Assembly: GCF_028641065.1 (NCBI RefSeq)
Contig: NC_073399.1
Coordinates: forward strand, 19,654,001 to 19,718,000
From: Leucoraja erinacea
Taxonomy: Eukaryota
Length of the DNA stretch: 64,000 nt
Direction: 5' to 3'
The position numbers and the translations under genes were made by a program. Position 1 is the stretch's first letter, and every line of letters starts with the position of its first letter. The notes below the pieces were generated by a model. That model was not told the origin of the DNA and made no database searches. It worked only from the letters and a program-made list of their open reading frames with translations. Of the stretch, positions 63,010 through 64,000 are shown in pieces.

Positions 63010-63450
63010 TGAAGAGAAGATTTACGAGGATGTTGCCAGAACTTGAGGGCCTGAGCTATAGGGAGAGACTGGGCAAGCTAAGTCTTTATTCCTTAGCACA
63101 GGAGACTATGGGGTGATCTTATAGAAGTGTATACAATCATGAGGGGAATTGATAGGGTGAATGCACAGAGGTTTTTATCCAGGGTAAGGAAATCAAAAGC
63201 CAGGAAACTGAGGGGCAATTTTCTTTCACTCAGAGGGTGGTGGATTTACAGAATGAGCTGCCAGAGGAAATAATTGAGGCAGGTACAATAACAACATTTG
63301 AAAGACTCTTGAACAGGTACATGGATGGGAAAGGTTTTGAAGGATATGGGCCGATTGCAGGCAAGTGGGTCCAGCTAGATGATCATCTTGGTTGGCTCGG
63401 ATGAGTTGGGCTGGAGGACCTGTTCCACTTGCTCATGATACTATGATTCT
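63010..63450 (+). mobile_element. Older CR1 3' fragment
   Basis: RFTRMLPELEGLSYRERL...GDLIEVY; same family as 1540-1997 and 4785-5320. Confidence 0.75.
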
Positions 63451-64000
63451 ATTTGGACCCAATGGTGATGAAGAACCAGCAATATATTTATAATCTAGAG
63501 CTTGGAATGGAACCTGCAGGTAATGGTATTTGTATCATTTCCTGAGCTGGTACTTCATGGTCAAAGGTTTAGGAGATATTGTTGGACTGCAAGTTATGGG
63601 GTAGCAGTAGATTTTGTACATTATACACACTGCACGTACTGTGTGTCTGTGGTTGGGGGGATGAATGTTTGGGCTGGTGGATGGGTTGCTAATCAAGTGG
63701 GCTTCCTCATTCTGTATGGTATTGAAGTTCCTGAGAGTCAGAGCTACACTTAATCTTGCCAAGTGAAGAGTTTTCCATCACAATCCTTATATAGAACCTG
63801 ACATAGGCTCAGGACATAAGGAAACAGGCTTTGGGACACAAGGCCTCATGACTTGATCTGGAGCTACTGTGTTCAAGACCGGCACAGTTGAGTTATCTGG
63901 TCAATTGTGAGTAGCTCACAGCATCTTGATGGTGGGGCACTCTGACATTGAATGTCATGGGTAGGTGGTTAAACTGCTATGTTGGAGATGGTTTTTGCCT

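Noticed and set aside
37613-64000. NHERF1 exon 2 (PDZ2, GYGFNL-like)
   Set aside because: Not found by eye or in the ORF track; it probably lies beyond the window.
1-64000. CRISPR arrays, operons or prokaryotic defence systems
   Set aside because: The sequence is vertebrate, with spliceosomal introns, and has no regularly spaced repeat-spacer array. The RT ORFs are LINE-derived.

Overview
Eukaryotic (vertebrate) genomic DNA. The repeat content (HE1-like V-SINEs, CR1 LINEs, Rex1/Babar LINEs, Penelope-like elements) suggests a cartilaginous fish, probably a skate or ray; this is inference. Two genes are transcribed divergently. On the minus strand, GGA3 coding exons 1-15 (26502 down to 72) splice through GT-AG introns into one open frame of 649 codons (VHS, GAT, hinge, start of GAE); the last exons lie left of the window. 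On the plus strand, coding exon 1 of an NHERF-family PDZ scaffold (most likely NHERF1/SLC9A3R1, 37178-37612) sits in a CpG island, followed by more than 26 kb of intron. The rest is mostly transposable elements, often nested. The most unusual structure is a set of about 12 Penelope-like 3' ends carrying a minimal hammerhead-ribozyme-like core (CTGAAGA-AGGGTCTCGACCC-GAAACGTC). Four of them form short TSD-flanked fold-back insertions whose two arms share subfamily-specific variants. Also notable: a Ser-to-Asp change at the GGA autoinhibition phosphosite, and non-autonomous elements sharing a Rex1-type 3' hairpin scaffold. All family assignments come from reading the sequence and recalled family features; no database search was run.
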